Source of the DNA: Hydrurus foetidus
Lineage: Eukaryota
Assembly (NCBI GenBank): GCA_900617105.1
Contig: UYFQ01000779.1
Span: 186,001-249,214, forward strand
Reading direction: 5' to 3'
Length of the DNA: 63,214 nt
Position numbers and translations under genes: made by a program. The notes under the pieces were generated by a model, which was not told the origin of the DNA, searched no databases, and saw only the letters and a list, made by a program, of their open reading frames with translations. Positions 33,962 through 47,190 of this stretch are shown piece by piece; position 1 is the stretch's first letter, and each line of letters opens with the position of its first letter.

Positions 33962-35216
33962 ATGGCCAAACTTAGTAAATTAGCAGAAACACTTATTGGT
34001 AGCGAGATTGTAAAACTGGGAAATGCCATTAGTGAGCGTGTGAGAAATGGAGAACAAATTTACAATTACACCATAGGTGATTTTAATCCTGCAATATTTC
34101 CAATTCAAGTGAATTAGAAAATCAAATTGTACAAGCATATAGAGAACATCAAACCAATTACCCTCCAGGAGATGGTGTTTATGAGTTAAGAGAAGCGGTA
34201 AGCTCCTTTATTAAAGATTAGGAAGGATTAGATTATAATGTAAATGAAATTCAAATAGCGGCTGGTGGCAGACCTTTAATTTATACAATTTTAGAACTTT
34301 AGTCGATGTTGGCGATAAGGTAATTTATGCTGCACCAAGTTGGAACAATAATCACTATACAAACTTAACAAATGCTGAACATTGTGTTATTGATTGTGTT
34401 GCTGAAAATGATTTTATGCCAACACCTGCTGACATAAAACCTCATTTAAAAGAACAGCTTTACTGTGTTTATGTACACCACAAAACCCAACAGGAACAAC
34501 ACTTGACAAAAATAGTTTAGAAGAAATTTGTGATTTAGTTTTAGTCGAAAATGCAAGTAGAAGTGATGATGAAAAAAACTATACATTATGTTTGATCAAA
34601 TGTATTGGACACTAACATTTGGCGATACAAAACATTATAATCCTGTAAGCCTTCGTCCAGAAATGAAAACTATACCATATTTGTTGATGGTATTTCTAAG
34701 GCTTTTCAGCAACTGGTGTTCGTGTTGGTTGGTCAATGGGACCTGCAGATGTAATTAATAAAATGAAATCTTTGTTAAGTCATCTTGGGGCTTGAGGCAC
34801 CAATGGCAGAACAAAAAGCATTGGCTAAATTTTTGGTTGATAAAGACAATATTGAAAACTATTTTATAGGGTTTAAAGCACAAATAGAACTTCGTTTAAA
34901 CAAAATATATAACGGCATTATTGCATTAAAACAAAAAGGATTTAATGTTGATGCTATTGCCCTCGGGCTGCAATTTATTTGACCATTAAGATTGATTTGG
35001 TTGGAAAGAGAACTGAAGAAGGAATCATTCTTGAGAAACAATCTGACGTTACTGATTATTTATTAAGTAAAGCTAAATTAGCAATTGTACCTTTCTCTGC
35101 TTTTGGTGGAGATGCCAATAGTCCTTGGTATAGAGTGAGTGTAGGTGTTGTGAAAGTTGAGGGATATTGAAACTGTTATTGACTTGCTTGAAAATGCACT
35201 AAACAGATTATCTTAG
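33962..35216 (+). CDS. Class I/II PLP-dependent aminotransferase
   Basis: MAKLSKLAETLIGSEIVKLG, PQNPTGT, FDQMYW, DGISK...TGVRVGW. Confidence 0.9.
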
Positions 35217-35659
35217 TTTTTACTGCTAATGAATACAAATGGCTTGTTGCTTTTGTTTTCTATATAAAAGCAACATCTTTTTGATGTATATGTTTTTGTA
35301 TTTATTCAAATCAAACACTTCGTTTGCCAAACAAATACTTGTTAGGCTTTCTGCTTCATATAAAACAGTATTAAGCCAATAATAGTTTGTTCAAGTTCAT
35401 TCCTGTCTAAACCATTTTTTTGGTAATAACTAACAAATCTCTGTTCAAATTTTTCATTAATTAAATCTTTTAAGGGGTAGTTCTAAGTTGCTTTCCTAAC
35501 TGGGCACATACAATGTTTGCTATAGCTTCCATTGCCACAAGATGGCAAGAAAACTGATCAAAACAAGCAATGCAAGTACTTTAAATAAATGTTTACTTTT
35601 CATTATGGCACTAAACTATAAACTTTTTTCTCTTATAAATTTGTTAAAATCTTACTATT

Positions 35660-36762
35660 TGTAAAAAAATTTAACATTAGAACCATTTTAATTGCTCCAC
35701 TTGACTGGGGTTTAGGTCATTACAACAAGGTGTATTCCTATAATTAAAACACAAAAAAAATGCTGGTTTTAATGTAATGCTTGTAATGCAAACAAAAATT
35801 CTACTTAGTGCAGAGTGTGATGATGTTAGATTTATTGATTTAGAAGGTTACAATATTCAATATACTAAACGCAGTTGGTTCTTTGCTCTAAAAATTGCTT
35901 TTCAAATTCCTACAATTATCGCTTCAATAAAAGAGAAAATAAATGGCTAAATAATATTATTGAGCAAGAGCAAATAGACTTAGTAATTAGTGATAACAGA
36001 TATGGATTAAATAGCATTAAAGTTCCCTGTGTTTTATCACACACCAACACTATAAAAGCTCCTTTTAAGTGGGTAGAGAACTTGCTTAGAAAAATTAATT
36101 ACAACTACATAAATCGTTTTAGTCAATGCTGGATTCTGATAATTCGCAAGATGATAATATTGCAGGAGTGCTATCTCATCCAAAGAAAATGCCATCAATC
36201 ACAACTCAGTATATTGGGCTGTTAAACAGATTTAATAAGTAGAAAATACAATTCAAAAATTTGATGTTTGTGTGTTGCTTTCTGGGCCAGAACCACAGCG
36301 AACTATTTTAGAAAATATCTTGTTAAAGCAGTTAGATAAAGCAACTAATTTGAAAATATTTTTTGTTCGTGGTTTACCGCAAACAACAGAAATATTAAAA
36401 CATCAACAGCTATTGAAATTGTTAATCATTTAAAACAGCAAGATTTGCTTGAAGTAATTCGTTCAGTGAAATTATTATTGCAAGAAGTGGATTACACAAC
36501 TGTAATGGAATTAATGGCATTGCAAAAAGTCAATATTAATAGCTACTCAGGGCAAACAGAGCAAGAGTATTTAGCGAAACATTTATATCAACAGCAAAAG
36601 TGTTTAAGCTATAATCAAGCCGATATAAATGTTATTGAAGCTATAAATGATGCTAAAAATTTTGACTACAAATTATCATCAATAGAAAAATTTAATGAAA
36701 ATAGAATTATTGATTTGGTGAATGATTTGATTGGTAACTTTAAAACATTCACTTTTATTTAG
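35660..36762 (+). CDS. Glycosyltransferase (GT-B, family 28-like C-terminus)
   Basis: IAPLDWGLGH, VISDNRYG, LLSGPEPQRTILE, GQTEQEYLA. Confidence 0.85.
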
Positions 36763-36789
36763 CTTTTGGTTACAGATATTTGCAGCAGA

Positions 36790-37354
36790 TGAAATCAATC
36801 TTATACACTCTTATTATTTCTTGTTTACTTATTTCTTGCGAAAACGATATGAAAGTAGTAAATGAACTTAGCATTAAAAAATTGGTGTTGAGGAAGGAAA
36901 ATACATCGAAAGTTATATGAGCACAGCAGGGAAAGTTAAAGCTAAACACCATTTATGTTGCGTAGCCAATTTGATAGTGCTAAGGTTGAATTCCCCAAAA
37001 CGTTGAATGTTGAATTTTTATGACAGTTTATTAAAACCGAAAGCCACTTGTTTGCTAAATATGGTAAATATTTAGAGTTTGATAATACAGTGCTGTTGCG
37101 TGATAGTATTGTTGTGCATAATATCAAGAATGATACTATTTGGTGTAACGAATTAATTTGGGATCAAAACAAAGAACTTTTACAGACAAACCGTTATTGT
37201 TAGTCAAGATAATGGTAGTATCGGGCAAAAGTTTTTGCAAAGGAGGAATGCAAAGCGACCAAAGTTTTAAAATGTTAGCTTCTTGAAAGTGGGCAAGGTT
37301 TATAATAGTAATGTTAATAGTTTTATTATCTTAAAGGATAGTACACAGCTATAG
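36790..37354 (+). CDS. lptC: LPS export ABC transporter periplasmic protein LptC
   Basis: SCEND lipobox-like, KVEFPKTLNVEFYD, LFAKYGKY, LLRDSIVV, DTIWCNELIWDQ. Confidence 0.75.
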
Positions 37355-37634
37355 TGAATTATTTTCAATTATCAAGTTTAATCTTCTAAATTATCTAAAT
37401 CTGGACTAGCAGAAACTCTAGAAACAAGCTCAACAACATCTCTTTTTTATTTATTCTAAGAGCTATAATAATTCCGATGATTAAACTAATTGCTGCAACG
37501 ACAATGCCTATAATTAAACCCATCAAACTATTTAACTTTTGTAGATGATAAACCTATCACCAATCCAATAATTAATGGCGATGCAATAATCTCTACAAAT
37601 GCATTTAGTTTAAGGATTTTTCGAATAATTTCAT
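37349..37634 (-). CDS. Small membrane hypothetical protein
   Basis: IIASPLIIGLVIG...IGIIIA...VSRVSASPDLD; two hydrophobic segments. Confidence 0.5.
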
Positions 37635-37644
37635 TTGTTTAATT

Positions 37645-38831
37645 CTATCTTGGAAAACTAATTTTCCCCATTGTTATTGCAGGGAAATTTTTTATTTGAT
37701 TGATTATAAAATCATCATTTCCACAAACACACTCATTAGCAAGAACAGCAAACAAAATTGCTTCTTTAGCATCAGAATTAATACCTAAAATATTTGTTGA
37801 TTCTATTTTATAGTTTGGTAATAATTGTTTAATGTTTGCATTAATAATGGATTGTTAACACCACCACCACTTACATAAATTGAGAATTTTTTTCTTGAAC
37901 ATTCTTTTTATTGAATCAGCAATTGTAAAAGCAGTAAAATAGTTTAACGTAGCCATTATATCATAAACACTTATATCTATTGTGTTTGAAGCTTCCAAAG
38001 CGTTCTCTATGTATTGAAGATTAAATATTTCGACCAGTTGTTTTGGGAAAAGACTGTTTAAAAATTCGTGATTACATAGTGCTTTTAATAAATCATCATT
38101 CACATTTCCTTGCAAAGCAATACTAGCATTTTTCATCATAAAATTTATTAAGAAAGTGATGTTGGATATAAACATCCATTAAAGTATTTCCTGATCCAAC
38201 ATCTGTACAAATTACTTCGTCAATATTTAAACTGCTTGGTAAAAGTGAAGTTAGCAATGCCACCAATATTCAACAAAACTCTATTTTCTTGTTTACTGCT
38301 CAACAAAAATAATCACCATAAATGGCTAATGGTGCACCTTCTCCACCAGCTGCGATATGCTTTTGTCTAAAATCGCTAATGGTGATAATATTGGTGTTAA
38401 AAGCAATGTGGTCTGCATCGCCAGTTTGTAATGTTGCATTGTCAAATTTTGTAGTTGATGTTTTGATTTTGGTGAATGGTAAATGGTTTGTCCGTGGTTT
38501 GCAATTATATCGACATCGCTATTTTTACATTCCAATTTGCAAGTGTTTTATTAATAATTTGTGAATGAACCAAACCAATGTGTGCATTCATTAAACACAA
38601 TTTTTCTAAACTAACTTCTTCTTTGCAAAATATAGATTGAATATCTTTTGAAATCATCATTATAAGCTACTGTTTCAAATTGCACAAGCTCAACCTTAGT
38701 TTTTATGCCACTTTCAACAATTCTACATATACCAAATCAAGCCCATCAAGTGAAGTGCCACTCATTAAGCCAAGAATAATTCTTTCTGATTTAGTAGCAA
38801 TTTGATGTAGCTTTTGAATATTGTTATTCAT
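37645..38831 (-). CDS. anmK: Anhydro-N-acetylmuramic acid kinase
   Basis: ILGLMSGTSLDGLD, ANHGQTIYH, SDFRQKHIAAGGEGAPL, NIGGIAN, DAKEAILFAVLAN. Confidence 0.93.
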
Positions 38832-38919
38832 ACAAAAGGGGAACACAGATGACACTGATTGACGGATGAACGCAGATTTATTTGTTAAAATAAAACGGCA
38901 AACCTTATAACTACTAACC

Positions 38920-39648
38920 ATTTACTACTTGCCATTCGCTTTCTTTTCAATTCATCATCGGCGTATCCAAATACTTTTTACTAAATCTGTTTTCTAAAAT
39001 TCAAATCAGTTCTTATTTTCTTTTCTTCATCGGCTACCATTTTATACATTTCATCAATGGCACGTGCAGCAATAAAAGTCTGTTAAAGAGTTTTCTACTT
39101 TAAAATTACTAAAAGGATGTTGTTAATGATTCCAGCAATTTTACTCCACTCTTTGTTAGCCCCTTCTGTTTTAATTGTGCTATCAATAATGGGTCTAAAT
39201 GCAGCCATTAAAGCAGTATTTGTTGTAGTTTTAAAATAGTCGGTTGCTGCTTGTTGATTATCGGTAATTAAAATACTTGCAACATCAGTAAAACTCATAT
39301 TCTGTAATGAATTTAGAAGATAGGCTTTGCTGCGATAAATGATTTTGAAATAGCACTGTTGAATTTATCAGTTGTTTTAGTGATATACAGAACCTAAGCC
39401 AGCTTTGTTAGCTAAATTGATAATTTTGAGCATCACCAGGAAAAGCAAATGCCAATGCAGGATTGTTTGCAGGATTACTGTAAGCATCAAAACCTTTAAA
39501 CAAACCTTGTTCAAGAGCTTGCTTTAAACCCATTCCCATTTCTGTAGTTAGAAGGGTTGGTAAGAATTGAAGTGCCAATTTGTTTAATTGGTCGCAAGAT
39601 GTGATTGTAAAAGACAAAAAGTCCGACGATGATTGATTTTATTTTCAT
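38920..39648 (-). CDS. DUF4197 domain-containing lipoprotein
   Basis: TSC lipobox, GLKQALEQG, MSFTDVASIL, AATDYFK..T, VADEEK. Confidence 0.8.
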
Positions 39649-39708
39649 AATACTATTGTTGTTTGTCTAGCAAAGAAACAAATGATATAAAGAAAAACAA
39701 GAATTGTT

Positions 39709-41535
39709 TTACAAAGACTTTATTTCAAAGTTTCTATGATACAAATCGCTGTAAAACCCTTTTAAATTCAATAATTCAGCGTGTGTACCTTGTTCTTTAA
39801 TTTCACCCTTATCAAGCACAATAATTTTATTTGCTTTGGTAATAGTTGATAAACGATGTGCAATAACAATGGATGTTCTTCCTTTAATTAAAGTATTTAT
39901 TGCGTGTTGGATGAGTTGTTCACTTTCTGTATCAATAGATGATGTTGCTTCATCTAAAATTAATATAGATGGATTGTATAATAACACACGAATAAAAGAG
40001 ATTAATTGCCTTTTGCCCCATACTTAAAATATTACCACGCTCCATTACATTGTAATCATAATTGCTTGGCAATTGCATAATAAAAATCGTGCATTCCACT
40101 AGGGTTGCAGCTTCAATAACTTGATGCTTGTAATGCTTGAATTTTTAGTGTTATATTATCCATTATTGAACCAGAAAATAAAAAACATCTTGTAAAAACA
40201 ACACCAACAGTTCTTCTTAAATCTTCTAAATTATAATCATCAATATTTATATTGTTGATAAAAATAGAGCCTTTATTAATAGGATATAATTTGTTTATTA
40301 AACTGATGATAGAAGTTTTTCCGCTTCCTGTATGCCCCACAAAGCCAATGTTTGCGAGACTTTTGCTTCAAATGAAATATTCTTTAAAACATAGTTATCA
40401 TTGTTATAAGAAAACCAAACGTTTTGGAAAACAATGTTTGAAGTTTGAAGTTTAAAGTTTGATACTTCAATTTTTTTTGAATTTTGCACTTTATTCTCTG
40501 TACTGTTTAGATCATAAATTTTAAAACTCTTTCAGCTGCAATCATTCCCATTTGTAGTACATTAAACTTATCTGCCAATATTCTAAGTGGGCGAAATATC
40601 AAGTTCATATACATAACAAACGAAACAATTTTTCCAGAGAAGTTAATATGTTGATTGCCCCGATTTCGAGAGCTAAATTAGCAACCCACCAAACAATAAT
40701 GGCTAAAGCAAATGCTAATACTAATTCTACAATTGGAAAGAAAACACTATAAGCAAAAATCGCTTTAATGTTGGCATCTCTGTGTTCTTTGTTAATTTTT
40801 GAACTTACTAAACTCTCTGTCTCTCAGCAGCAAATGCTTGTACAATGGTCATTCCAGCAATATGTTCTTGCACAAAAGCATTCAAATTTGCTACAGCATT
40901 TCTTACTTTAATAAAACTTTTATTAACACTTTTTTGAAATAATTTGTGGCTATAATTAGAATTGGAAAAGGAATGAGGGCTATCAATGTTAATTTCCAAT
41001 CAATCCAAAGCATTGTTGCAAGTGTGAAAACAATGGTTAATAAATCTGCAATAATTGGTATTAACCCATCGCTAAAAATATCATTAATACTTTCAATGTC
41101 ACTAATAGTTCTTGTGGTAAGTGTACCTATTGGTGTTGTATCAAATTTGCTTAAAGGCAAATCAAGAATTTTAGAGAATACATTGTTTCGCAAATCTTTA
41201 CAACGTTTTGCCCAAGCCAAGCCGTGATGAATGTGAAACAAAAGCGAATAACGAGCCTTTCTATGATAAAAACGATTTGAAAAAGTAACTGCTATTACGA
41301 AATTTTCAATATCACTAAGGTGATGATTGCTTAAAATAGCTTAAGCCAATTTGGAATTAGTAATGTCTTTCCCAGTGGCTTTGTCTACAGTGATTTGAAT
41401 TAAATAGGGACGAATTGGTGCAATTGCAGCCATTAACAAAGCCAAAAATGCTGAAATACAAATACTTTCTGTAAGGTTTTACGTAAGTAAATATTTGTTT
41501 CAATAATAAAAATCAAACCCCCGATTTTTGTTCAT
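39709..41535 (-). CDS. ABC transporter, fused permease/ATP-binding (MsbA/MdlB-like)
   Basis: [20 protein letters not shown] Walker [21 protein letters not shown]. Confidence 0.92.
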
Positions 41536-41989
41536 CACTCATATAAGTTGCGAATGTAACTTACTGTAAGAAGATAAATAATTAATTATCTTTTGAAGAA
41601 TATAGTCTAAAAACATTGGCACTAGATAATACATTGCTATAACAAGAACCACTATTGCACTGATAATAAGAAGTATTCCCACTAATTTTTCTTTTGAAAT
41701 ATCTTGCCCAATTTCTGCAAATATATTCCACTTCTTCTCTCATCTATTAGAAGATTTTTCTTCTTGGATTGCTTGCTCAAGTATCGTATAAGCAAAAGGT
41801 CAGAACAACTACAGTTATTATTTCTTTATAAAAATATTCTAGAAGTAGTATTACCCTGTCCATACAAGCAGTTTCTACAAAATAAAACAAGTTACACTTA
41901 TAAAGAGAATAAAATATAAATGCATTATTAATTGAGATTAAACTTTAATAGTCAAAAATTGCATCTTTGTTAGATAGCAAGAAGTATTA

Positions 41990-43707
41990 ATGAAAGCAAG
42001 TTTAATAAAATATGTTTTGTGTTTGATTATACTGATTCAATATAGTGCATCCAATGCTCAAACATTTTACTCGATGTTAATGTTGTAGATTCTATAAATA
42101 TTTCAAAAATCCTTCCTATAAAAAAGAATTTGCCACAAAAAAGCAATATTATTATATAGAACAGTTGCCAGCATTGCTTAAAGCAAAGGTTATATTTCAT
42201 CTTCAATTGATAGTATTAAAGAAACTGAAAAAATATTATTGCTTTTTATTTGTTGGCAATTTATATGTTTGGAAAAATTTGTTGTTGCCAGATGAAGTAA
42301 AAATCATCAGCAAATCAATCCTCAAAAATTATTCAACTCTTCCAGAAACCATTTTAAACTACTACGAAAACAATGGCTATCCTTTGCCAAAGTTGGCTTT
42401 GATAGTATTGTTATTGATGATAAAACGAGATTTCTGCTGTGCTAAAATTGATAAGGGAATAGAATATAAAATTGATAGCATTCGTGTTTTGGCAATGTAA
42501 TATTAGCAACCAATTTTTACAGCACTACTTAAAAATAGCAAATGCAAGTTTATATAATAGAGAAAACTTGAACGAATTAACTACTTAATTAATCAACTTG
42601 GCTATCTGAATAGTAATAAAAATTGGGATATTTTAATGCTTAGTAGAAGCAGCGTATTAAACTTATATCTGCAATCTAAAACATCAATAAATTTGATGCA
42701 ATAGTTGAGTTTTTGCCAAGCAATCAACAAAATGATGGTAAACTTTTATTTACTGTTGATGCTAAATTGAGTTTGTATAACGCTTTTGCAAAAGGAGAAA
42801 AAATCACATTCAACTGGCAACAAATTCAACCACAATCTCCACGTATTGATATTGGATTTTCTACCCCATATATTTTTAATTCTGAGGCAGGATTGATTTC
42901 AATTTCAATCTTTATAAACGTGATTCCGCATACTTAAATATTGCAACAGATATTGGGCTTACATATTTATTGAGCAATAAAACAAGCTTTAAAATATTTA
43001 TTAGTAATCTTAGCACAAGAATTATTCAGCCAGATACAGCATCTATTATTGCTACAAAAAACTGCCTCTGTATTAGATTTAAGTATTGCCAATATTGGTG
43101 TAGCTTATTCTTTAAATAACACAAAAGGAACTAGATTAAACAAGCTAAGTGGATTTGAAATAAAATTGAGTGCTGGCTTTGGTCAAAAGAAAATCAAACA
43201 AAACAATACTATCACAAGTTTAAAACCGATGGGTTTAATTATGCTGGTTTATACGATTCTATTGCAACTAATTCTTATCAATTAAAATGCAAAATTGAAG
43301 CTGCAAAATATTTTAGTATCAGCAAACAATCGGTAATAAAAGTTGCTGCAAATTTTGGATTGATTCTAACACAAAACTATCTCCAAAACGAACTATTTCA
43401 AATTGGTGGATTTAAATTATTGAGGGGTTTTGATGAAGAAAATATTTTACTAGTCAATATATTGTTGGGAGTTTAGAATACAGATACTTAATTGCAAGAA
43501 ACTCTTATTTCTTTTGCTTTTTCAGATGGGGTTACACCAAAAATCAAAACACATCTTTAAACTACAGTTACTTTGAAATGGATTAGGATTAGCTTTAGAA
43601 ACCAAGCAAGGCATTTTGAATATTAGTTTTGCAGCGGGTAAAAGAAATGATTTGCCATTTAATTTGAGAGAAAACAAAATTCATATTGGATTGAGTTCAA
43701 GTTTTAG
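41990..43707 (+). CDS. BamA/TamA-family outer membrane protein
   Basis: YYENNGYP POTRA-like segment, ELFQIGGFKLLRGFDEE, KIHIG C-terminus. Confidence 0.8.
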
Positions 43708-43755
43708 TTTTAAAACATATTAATGTTTGTTAATTTGCAACTTTAAAGGCACTTA

Positions 43756-44711
43756 ATGAGGTTTATTGTTGTAATATTTTTTTTATTTATGGCTCTGTTT
43801 TTGGTCAAACAGATACCGCAATAAAAGTATTGCCAAAAGTTCCCAAAAATTTCAATCTGCATTACCAAAAGATACAACCTTAAAACAATTGATTCTGCTA
43901 CTATACTAAAAGATTCAAGCGTAATTGATTCTTTAAAATCTATAAAAAAAGATAGTATTCCATTAATTGTAAAAGACACTACTGTTTATAAATTGCTTTA
44001 ATTTTCCGATTCTAAATAATGAAAAGCCAACATTAATGATTACGGCATTTAAAAATGCTGAAACAAAAGACTTTGTATTTTATTTATTAGTTGCACTTGT
44101 GCTGCTTTTTGCACTTGTTAAAGTAGTATTTCCCAAATATTTCAAGAACATATTTGATATATTTTTTTCAAACGAGTTTTAGACAAAAGCAAACAAGAGA
44201 GCAGCTAACACAGGATAATATTGCAGCACTTTTTATTAAATGTTTTATTTATTCTTTTCATCAGCTTGTTTTGTTGCACTTATTGCTCATAAATTTAGAG
44301 TAACAAAGACTTCTTTTTGGCAAATTTTTATAGTTGCCACAATTGCATTAACCATAATATATTTGATTAAGTTTTTATTTACGCAGTTTATGGGATGGAT
44401 TTTTAATAAAACAGATATCGCTCAATCATATAGTTTTAGTCTTTATTGTTAACAAAATAATTGGAGTGATTTTAATACCATTCTTGTTTTAATTGCCTAT
44501 TCTGCTAGTGGCGTTGAGCAAGTTTCGTTTACAGTTTCGTTGATGTTAATCATCTTTTGTTTTTATTTAGATTCTTTTCAACGTATAAAAACATCAGCTA
44601 CAGATTAAAAATAAATGCCATTCACTTTTTCTATATTTTGCAGTATTGAAATTTTACCATTGCTATTAATGTATAAGGCACTCAAGCAATTACATAGGCA
44701 GTGGTATTTAA
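43756..44711 (+). CDS. DUF4271-like membrane protein
   Basis: FPKYFKN, FRQKQTREQL, HFF.YFCSIEILPLL; located upstream of hemD as is common in Bacteroidota. Confidence 0.7.
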
Positions 44712-44729
44712 ATTTTAACACAATAAGCT

Positions 44730-45521
44730 AAGCACGGCAAAAGCGGAACGAAGGCAAAAGCAAGTAAACCAACGATCAAAAAATTCTCATTTCTCAGCCA
44801 AGACCGAAAGTGAAAAGTCTCCATATTTTGAGTTAGAAAGAAAATATGGTATTGAATTATTGTTTACACCATTTATTCAATTAGAGGCTATTGCTGCAAA
44901 GGAATTTCGCAAGCAGAAGATTGACGTTGTGTCTTACACCGGCGTTATTTTCACTCAGCAAAAACGCTATTGACCATTTCTTTAGATTGGCTGAAGAAAT
45001 GAAACTTAATATTAATCAAGATACCAAGTATTTCTGCATAACTGAAGCTGTTGCCTTATATCTTCAAAAATTTATTTTATACCGTAAACGCAAGGTTTTT
45101 ATGGTGCTGATGGCAGCAATAAAGGAATGTTTGATGTGATTAATAAGCATAAAGAAAATGAAAATTTCTTTATGTATGCAGCGAGAACCAACAGGATAAT
45201 GAAATTGTTAGTTGGTTAAAACATCATAATTGTGGCTATGCATTAGGTTATATGTACAGAACTGTAAGCAGCAGCATTAATGAGAAAATTTCTATTAAAG
45301 ATTTTGATGTTATTTGTTTGTTTACACCAAGTGGTGTCAAAGTTTGTTCGATAACTTCCTGCCTTTAAACAAAATGGAACTTTAGTTGGAAGTTTTGAAG
45401 CAACACTGCAAGAGCTGTTGAGGAAGCAGGACTAGAGTTGCATATTAAAGCCCCGGCACCTCATAGCCCTAGTATGTTTACTGCATTAGACAAATATTTA
45501 AGCGAGTTGAATAAATTATAA
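44730..45521 (+). CDS. hemD: Uroporphyrinogen-III synthase
   Basis: ILISQPRP, SPYFEL, FTSKNAIDHFF, YFCITEAVALYLQKFILYRKRKVF, MYRTVS, FTPSG. Confidence 0.85.
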
Positions 45522-46983
45522 TTCTTCTAATCTAGCAATAGGCACGTTTAATAGTTCTCTATATTTTGCAACTGTTCTACGTGCAATATTGTACCTCTTT
45601 TCATTTAATAGTTCAGTTAACTCTTCGTCTGCAAGAGGCTTGTGTTTATTTTCGGCTGCAATTAAATCACTTAATATTTTCTTTACTCTGTTGTGCTAAC
45701 TTCCTCACCACTATCGGTACTTAAACTTTCACTAAAGAAAAATTTAAGACGATAAGTTCCAAATTCTGTTTGCACAAATTTGTTGTTTGTAAACACGACT
45801 AACAGTACCAATATCTAGCCCTGTTTTTCAGCAATATCTTTAAAAATCATTGGCTTCATCTCTGTGTCATCGCCAGTTAGAAGAAGTTATATTGATGATT
45901 CATAATTGCAGTCATTGTATGAATAAGCGTTTCTTGTCTTTGCTTAATCATATCAATAAACCATTTTGCTCCATCTATTTTTGCTTAATAAATTGAACCG
46001 CTTTTTGTCTTTTATCTTTTTAGCACCTCTATCATACTTCTTTCATCATATCCTTGTAATCCTCACTGATTCTAAGGTCTGGAGCATTTGCCATTTAAAG
46101 TAAGTTCTAAACTTCCTGCATTATTAAGAATATAAAAGTCAGAATTACATAAGATTCTTTTTGATTGCTGTCACCAACATCGCCACCTGGTTTAGGGTTT
46201 AATTTTATGATTTGATTGATGACATTTTTTAGTTGTTCATCTGTTAATCCAAGTTGTTGTTGAAGTTTTGTGTAGTGTTTTTAATAAACTCATCAAAGTA
46301 TTTAGTTAACACTTTAATGGCAAGTAAAACATCATCGCCCTTATCTTCTTTTTTATAAAGTTGTAATAATAAACACTTTTAAATCTCTTGCAGCCACGCC
46401 AGTTGGCTCAAATTGTTGAATTAGTTTTATAATACTTTCAACTTCTTCGTCTGTAGTATTAATATTTTTGTCTAAAAGCTAAATCATCAACAATGCTGTT
46501 GAGTTCACGACGTAAATAACCATCATCATCTAAACTGCCAACAATTTGTTCCGCAATTTTATATTGATGATCATCTACATCAAGCATACTTAATTGCGAT
46601 GCTAATAAATCAAAAAAGTAGTTTCTGTTTTTATAGGAATTACCTTTTATCGTCTAATTCTGATAATTATCATCTCTTGTTTTATAGTCTGCAACATCAT
46701 CATCACTGTCACTTACATACTCACTTACATCTACATTTTCATACTCATCTTCACTACCATCTAATTCTTCAAATTCATCTTCTGAGTTTCAAATTCATCT
46801 TTAACTTCCGCTGTTAAATCATCAGCATTGTCTTCATCACTTAATTCTAGAGCAGGATTATCTTCTAATTCCTCTTTAATTCTTTCCTCTAAATTAGCTG
46901 GAACTTGCAACAATTTCATTAATTGAATTTGTTGTGGTGATAATCTTTGTAAAGTTTTGTTGCAGTGATTGACCAAGTGCCAT
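45516..46983 (-). CDS. rpoN: RNA polymerase sigma-54 factor
   Basis: LLQRLSPQQIQLMKLLQVP N-terminus; RpoN box IARRTVAKYRE. Confidence 0.96.
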
Positions 46984-47190
46984 ACGTTATTAACTTGTGT
47001 TTTAAAACTTGTTAGCACAAAGGAACAGTAAACAATAAGAAGAAAATATTTTTTCTTCATTGATTTTTCTTTTAAAATTGATTGTATGATTAAATAAATT
47101 ATTTCTCCTTTAAATAAAATATCCAACACTATTATTCTTTTTCTGCTGCTTTGTTTTCATATTTGTTACTCATTTGCAAATCTTATTATT

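Noticed and set aside
46599..46817. His-rich plus-strand ORF
   Set aside because: Antisense reading of the acidic Asp/Glu-rich region of rpoN.
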